NCBI GenBank assembly: GCA_050741915.1 | Contig: JBOGEX010000057.1 | Span: forward strand, 4,856 to 68,855 | From: Acidimicrobiia bacterium | GTDB lineage: Bacteria > Actinomycetota > Acidimicrobiia > Spongiisociales > ZC4RG35 | Direction: 5' to 3' | DNA: 64,000 bases | In this document: in pieces, positions 60,482 to 64,000 of the stretch | How the letters are laid out: every line of letters begins with the position of its first letter | How positions within the stretch are numbered: the first letter of the stretch is position 1 | Position numbers and translations under genes: made by a program | Notes under the pieces: model-generated | Seen by the model: the letters and a program-made list of their open reading frames with translations, nothing else | The model's database searches: none | Told to the model about the DNA's origin: nothing

Positions 60482-61314
60482 TTTGCACCCGGATAGGCCC
60501 GAGCCATCCACTGCATGTCGGCCAGGATGTGGCCAAGTTTTTCGGTGTGGAGCCCCTCCCGTCCACCTCGTCGGGCAACTGGAGGCTGGGCCAGGTCGAG
60601 GCCGGCATTGGCGAGGGCTGGCCGAAGACGGTTCTCGAAACTGGGACGAAGGTCGGGATGGGCGTCGAACATCTCGTCGACAAAACGGGTCATGGCATCG
60701 AGACCGGCTTGCATCCGGCGATGGCTCTCGTCGGTACCGGCGCCGAGACGCTCGGCCCAGGTGGAAGAGTGACGCCAGTGATAGCGAGCCTCGAGCAACG
60801 CCTTGGCTGCCAATCCTGCCACGACGGGGTCTGAGTCTGAGCTGAGCCGTTCCCAAAGGTCGATCTGGTAGCAGTCGATCAAAAGGTGGCGGGCGATGGT
60901 TTGGCCGAAGTCGCCATTGGGCTGCTCGCAGATCAAGAGGTTGCGGAACTCGCGCGCACCCCGTTTCATCGCCAGGTCGTCCTCCGTTCGGCCTTCACCT
61001 TCGAGGGCGCCGTAATGGGCGAGAAGGCCGCGGGCGACGCCGAGGTGATCGAGGGCGATGTTGCCGACGGCGAGGTCGAGCTCGAGATCGGGGGCCGAGG
61101 CGACCCAGCCCGAGAGCTGCTGGGCGAGGATGAGGTTGTCATCGGCGTGCCCGAGGACGGCAAGAAGGGACACGCCCCCCCCTTCCCCGGCTGCTGTTTC
61201 TCCCTCCAACGAGCGTAGCGAGCGCTGGGGGGAGTGGCCCGAAGGGCCGGGGGGGGATCCCCCCTCCCCGGCTGCGCCGGTACTCCCCCCTGCGGGACGA
61301 GCGACAGCGCTCAC
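60475..61314 (-). CDS. paaC: Phenylacetyl-CoA epoxidase subunit PaaC (N-terminus either extended through the repeat or starting at GTG 61173)
   Basis: The core starts at LLAVLGHADDNLILAQQLSGW. The 47 codons upstream (61314-61174) are repeat copy B, in frame and GTGA-coupled to the paaB stop. An alternative GTG start lies at 61173. Confidence 0.85.
   Translation of the reverse strand: MSAVARPAGGSTGAAGEGGSPPGPSGHSPQRSLRSLEGETAAGEGGGVSLLAVLGHADDNLILAQQLSGWVASAPDLELDLAVGNIALDHLGVARGLLAHYGALEGEGRTEDDLAMKRGAREFRNLLICEQPNGDFGQTIARHLLIDCYQIDLWERLSSDSDPVVAGLAAKALLEARYHWRHSSTWAERLGAGTDESHRRMQAGLDAMTRFVDEMFDAHPDLRPSFENRLRPALANAGLDLAQPPVARRGGREGLHTEKLGHILADMQWMARAYPGAKW
61174..61310. repeat. C/G-tract modular repeat element, copy B
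   Basis: See copy A for the shared modules. Contains GGCCC-gaag-GGCC, GGGGGGGG-at-CCCCCC and CCGGC-tgc-GCCGG hairpins. It fills exactly the space between the paaB stop and the conserved paaC core. Confidence 0.85.
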
Positions 61315-61649
61315 ATCTGGCCGACTTCATCGGGAATGTCGTAATGAGTGGCGTGGCGGTACGGCTTCTCGATCGAGCCGAAGAAAGCGGGAGCGTCGTC
61401 TGGGTCGGACGCGACGATCTCGCTCGAGGCCACCACCCAGATGCTGACACCTTCCACCCGTCGGGTATAAACGTCGCGGGCCGAAAGCAATGCCGACCCG
61501 GCGTCCGAGGCATGGAGACCGCCCACGTGAACATGAGAAAGGCCCCGCTTCTGGCGAATGAATACCTCCCACAGTGGCCAGACCGACTCGGCCTCGCGAC
61601 CGACTTCGGTTTCCGCCTCGCCAGCGACCTTGGGCACCGAATAGGTCAT
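61311..61649 (-). CDS. paaB: Phenylacetyl-CoA epoxidase subunit PaaB
   Basis: [25 protein letters not shown]...AL..ARDVY.RR. ATGA overlap with the paaA stop. Confidence 0.9.
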   Translation of the reverse strand: MTYSVPKVAGEAETEVGREAESVWPLWEVFIRQKRGLSHVHVGGLHASDAGSALLSARDVYTRRVEGVSIWVVASSEIVASDPDDAPAFFGSIEKPYRHATHYDIPDEVGQM

Positions 61650-62578
61650 GACGCTCCCCTGTTCCTCTCCCCAAAGGCGGCCGCGGCCTCGCGCACCCAA
61701 GCCCCTTCTTCCCACGCCTTGCGCTTGTGTTCGATGCGCTCGGTGTTCATCGGGCCGTGTCCCTTGACCACGGACCAGAACTCGTCCCAGTCGATCGGCC
61801 CGAAGTCGTAGTGCTTGCGGCCCTCGTTCCAAGCCAGGTCGGGATCAGGAATGACCAGGCCCAGATAATCGGCTTGGGGGACGGTCATGTCGACGAACTC
61901 CTGACGAAGATCGTCGTTCGAAACTCGTTTGATCTTCCATTCGATCGATTGCTCGGAGTGAGTCGAGTCCGAGTCGTGAGGACCAAACATCATCAACGAA
62001 GGCCACCACCATCGGTTGAGCGCGTCCTGTGCCATCGCTTTCTGCTCTGCAGTTCCCTGGCAGAGAGTGATCATGATCTCGTAACCCTGTCGTTGATGGA
62101 AGGACTCCTCGAGACAGATCTTCACCATGGCTCGCGCATAGGGTCCGTACGAGCAGCGCTTGAGCATGACCTGGTTGGTGATGGCGGCGCCGTCGACCAA
62201 CCAGCCGATGGTGCCCATGTCAGCCCAAGACAGGGCGGGGTAGTTGAAAATGGACGAATACTTCTGGCGGCCGCTGTGCAGCAACTCCATCAACTGGTCG
62301 CGGGATACGCCAAGCGTCTCGGCGGCGGAGTAGAGATAGAGGCCATGGCCCGCTTCGTCCTGGACCTTGGCGATGAGAATCGCCTTCCGGCGCAAGGTGG
62401 GTGCGCGGCTGATCCAATTGCCCTCGGGTTGCATTCCGATGATCTCGGAGTGGGCGTGCTGGGCGATCTGACGGACGAGCGTCTGGCGATAGGCCTCGGG
62501 CATCCAGTCGGCGGGTTCGATCTTTTCCTCGGCCTCGAGCAAAGCCCGAAACTTCGCTTCCCCGTTGGCGCTTGGCAT
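61646..62578 (-). CDS. paaA: Phenylacetyl-CoA epoxidase catalytic subunit PaaA
   Basis: Di-iron ligand regions QHAHSEIIG and DEAGHGLY. Start moved to ATG 62578 (AGGAG lies 5 nt upstream), because the first 12 codons of ORF 62614 are the operator palindrome. Confidence 0.92.
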   Translation of the reverse strand: MPSANGEAKFRALLEAEEKIEPADWMPEAYRQTLVRQIAQHAHSEIIGMQPEGNWISRAPTLRRKAILIAKVQDEAGHGLYLYSAAETLGVSRDQLMELLHSGRQKYSSIFNYPALSWADMGTIGWLVDGAAITNQVMLKRCSYGPYARAMVKICLEESFHQRQGYEIMITLCQGTAEQKAMAQDALNRWWWPSLMMFGPHDSDSTHSEQSIEWKIKRVSNDDLRQEFVDMTVPQADYLGLVIPDPDLAWNEGRKHYDFGPIDWDEFWSVVKGHGPMNTERIEHKRKAWEEGAWVREAAAAFGERNRGAS

Positions 62579-62586
62579 TGCTCCTA

Positions 62587-62612
62587 GACTAACGAACGAT
62601 CGTTCGTTAGTC
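62587..62612. promoter_or_regulatory. 26-bp perfect palindrome, candidate PaaR (TetR) operator in front of paaA
   Basis: GACTAACGAACGATCGTTCGTTAGTC. It lies 9-34 nt upstream of the paaA ATG, and its right end overlaps the TGA of the upstream thioesterase gene. Confidence 0.7.
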
Positions 62613-63408
62613 AAGGCCTATAGTCGACTACCTGGGCCTGGCTGATCCGACCGAGCGGACCGACGGTGTCGAAAACCAGGGTGTCGGCCATCCCGATCCC
62701 GGATCGATGCTGACGAGCCACCGATTGCATCCCGACCCATTCCCCCACCGGAAGCCGATCCGAGTAGAGGGTGATGTCGGGGTTGATGTAGAGCCACTCC
62801 CGCGGGTCGAGGCTCTGGGAGTTTCCATTCGACATATCGGCGATCGTTGCCAGGCGAACGAATGGGCTCAGCTCTTCCCCCTCGACCACCGGATACTTCA
62901 GTCGGAACCACGAGGTTCCGGGGCCATACGAGAGAAAGCTGTCGTCGACCGTCCGCACCTCGACCGCCTGGTAGTGGAATCGGGGCAATCCTTCCCGCGG
63001 CCCAAACCGGTCCGACCACCTCATCGGTTCCAGCGCCTCGGGCGGAGGCGGAGGCTCCCATTCCGGGATCAGCGGCTGCAGATCGAGTTCTGCCAGGCGA
63101 ATCTTGAGCGCCGAGACTCGACCCACCTCGAGGTCGGCGGCATAGAGGAAGGCGTCAACCACCTGGATCCGCTTCCCGTCTCTCCGGACCACGGTCTCAG
63201 TCCGGAGAGGAGACATGGGAACCGGCCGAAAGAGGTCGACAGTAAAGCGGACGACCTGCATCGGTACCGCGGTTGGCACCAGATCGACCGCTCTCGCCAG
63301 TAGTCCGGCCGGCGGACTCCCATGCTGGGTGTGATCGTCCCATCCCCCTCGAACCAATTCCGAGGGGACAAAAACGTCATCGTCCTTCGTGAACAGCGCC
63401 TGTGTCAT
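62611..63408 (-). CDS. Double-hotdog acyl-CoA thioesterase-family protein
   Basis: [40 protein letters not shown] pattern of the TesB-like/thioesterase superfamily. ORF 63843 trimmed to ATG 63408. Confidence 0.65.
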   Translation of the reverse strand: MTQALFTKDDDVFVPSELVRGGWDDHTQHGSPPAGLLARAVDLVPTAVPMQVVRFTVDLFRPVPMSPLRTETVVRRDGKRIQVVDAFLYAADLEVGRVSALKIRLAELDLQPLIPEWEPPPPPEALEPMRWSDRFGPREGLPRFHYQAVEVRTVDDSFLSYGPGTSWFRLKYPVVEGEELSPFVRLATIADMSNGNSQSLDPREWLYINPDITLYSDRLPVGEWVGMQSVARQHRSGIGMADTLVFDTVGPLGRISQAQVVDYRP

Positions 63409-63714
63409 GAGCCGGAAACCGTAACGGTCCCGGCACGGTGCCCCCCAACCCGATGCCCACCAAATTTGGTCACTGACGAACGCTTCCCGGCAAACTTGGA
63501 ACTGGCGCCCCGGTACTCGTTCGCCAGCTACCGAATTAGCCAGGAAGCGGGCGAGGGCGACCGAATTTGGATTTCTTGCCGGCAAGTCCTTGCGTTCCGC
63601 GCCACACTGAGCGCCTACGGATTCATCTTCGCCGTCGTGGTTGTCCCAATGGTCACCATCGCCCAGTTGGTTCTCGCCTCGTTCCTCGTGCTTGCGATCG
63701 GTACCGGCTGAGCG

Positions 63715-64000
63715 ATGTTGCAGATCGAGGACCTCCACAAGTCCTATGGCCGGGTCAACGCTCTTAACGGTTGCAGCTTCGCCGCGGTCCCCAGCCGAAT
63801 GCTCGGCTTCCTCGGACCCAACGGCGTCGGTGCCGGACTCCACCTAGTAGGCGCCGAGACCGAGATCCCGAGCGCACACGAGCTCCTCGCACCGACGCTC
63901 GTTCGTTCCCAAACGCTGTCGACTCTGAATGAGGCCGTATTTCGGGACGAGATCCCGGCCGACGTCGCCCGCGAGCGCCTCCGCCGCATCGGGAGGATGC
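63715..64000 (+). pseudogene. ABC ATPase N-terminal fragment whose similarity ends inside Walker A (partial, runs off the window)
   Basis: MLQIEDLHKSYGRVNALNGCSFAAVPSRMLGFLGPNG is canonical ABC. It is followed by VGAGLHLVGAETE instead of AGKTT. A convergent minus-strand reading frame ends with TAG at 63844-63846. Confidence 0.35.

Noticed and set aside
63577-63588. The 12-bp perfect palindrome CTTGCCGGCAAG in the spacer upstream of the ABC ATPase fragment.
   Set aside because: It is short and GC-rich, there is a single occurrence, and no associated regulator was found. It is compatible with chance.
63893-63910. A PaaR half-site-like string, CTCGTTCGTTCC.
   Set aside because: Only one half of the palindrome is present (about 9 of 13 nt), there is no inverted partner, and it lies inside a probable coding frame.

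Overview
This is a high-GC, actinobacterial-type chromosomal core segment. It has many GTG/TTG starts and many 1-8 nt stop/start overlaps of the ATGA/GTGA/TTGA kind. I call about 61 protein genes and see no rRNA, tRNA, CRISPR array or transposase.

Gene content from left to right:
- a PAS histidine kinase;
- an ABC-2 exporter with a NEW3-repeat surface protein;
- osmC-metY-metX;
- a glutaryl-CoA-dehydrogenase-like gene and a fused 2-oxoacid dehydrogenase E1 alpha/beta;
- argS;
- a hyuA-hyuB-glcDEF operon;
- glnA;
- a dispersed purine supercluster (purA-D-E, purB, purC-S-Q-L, purF-M) interrupted by unrelated genes, a vapBC pair and an AT-richer DUF559 gene;
- a GABA-type aminotransferase;
- an uncharacterised membrane / methyltransferase-like module;
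- the phenylacetate epoxidase operon paaABCDE plus a TetR gene.

The least ordinary signals are non-coding:
1. A ~52-nt hairpin element is present four times. It has invariant flanks and compensatory stem changes, always sits just after a stop codon in the sense orientation, and two inverted copies bracket the DUF559 gene.
2. A C/G-tract modular element is present at two loci 52 kb apart. It stays in frame with the adjacent genes, giving a C-terminal tail on the acyl-CoA dehydrogenase and a GTGA-coupled 47-codon linker between paaB and paaC.
3. A tandem 41-nt palindromic pair lies between hyuA and hyuB.
4. A 26-bp perfect palindrome lies in front of paaA.
5. A four-box, 11-nt-phased GlnR-like array lies upstream of glnA.
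6. A structured leader lies in front of osmC-metY-metX.
7. An Eis-like acetyltransferase gene carries an in-frame TGA and has lost its C-terminal domain.

All functional calls come from reading the translated ORFs and motifs by eye. No database search was run.
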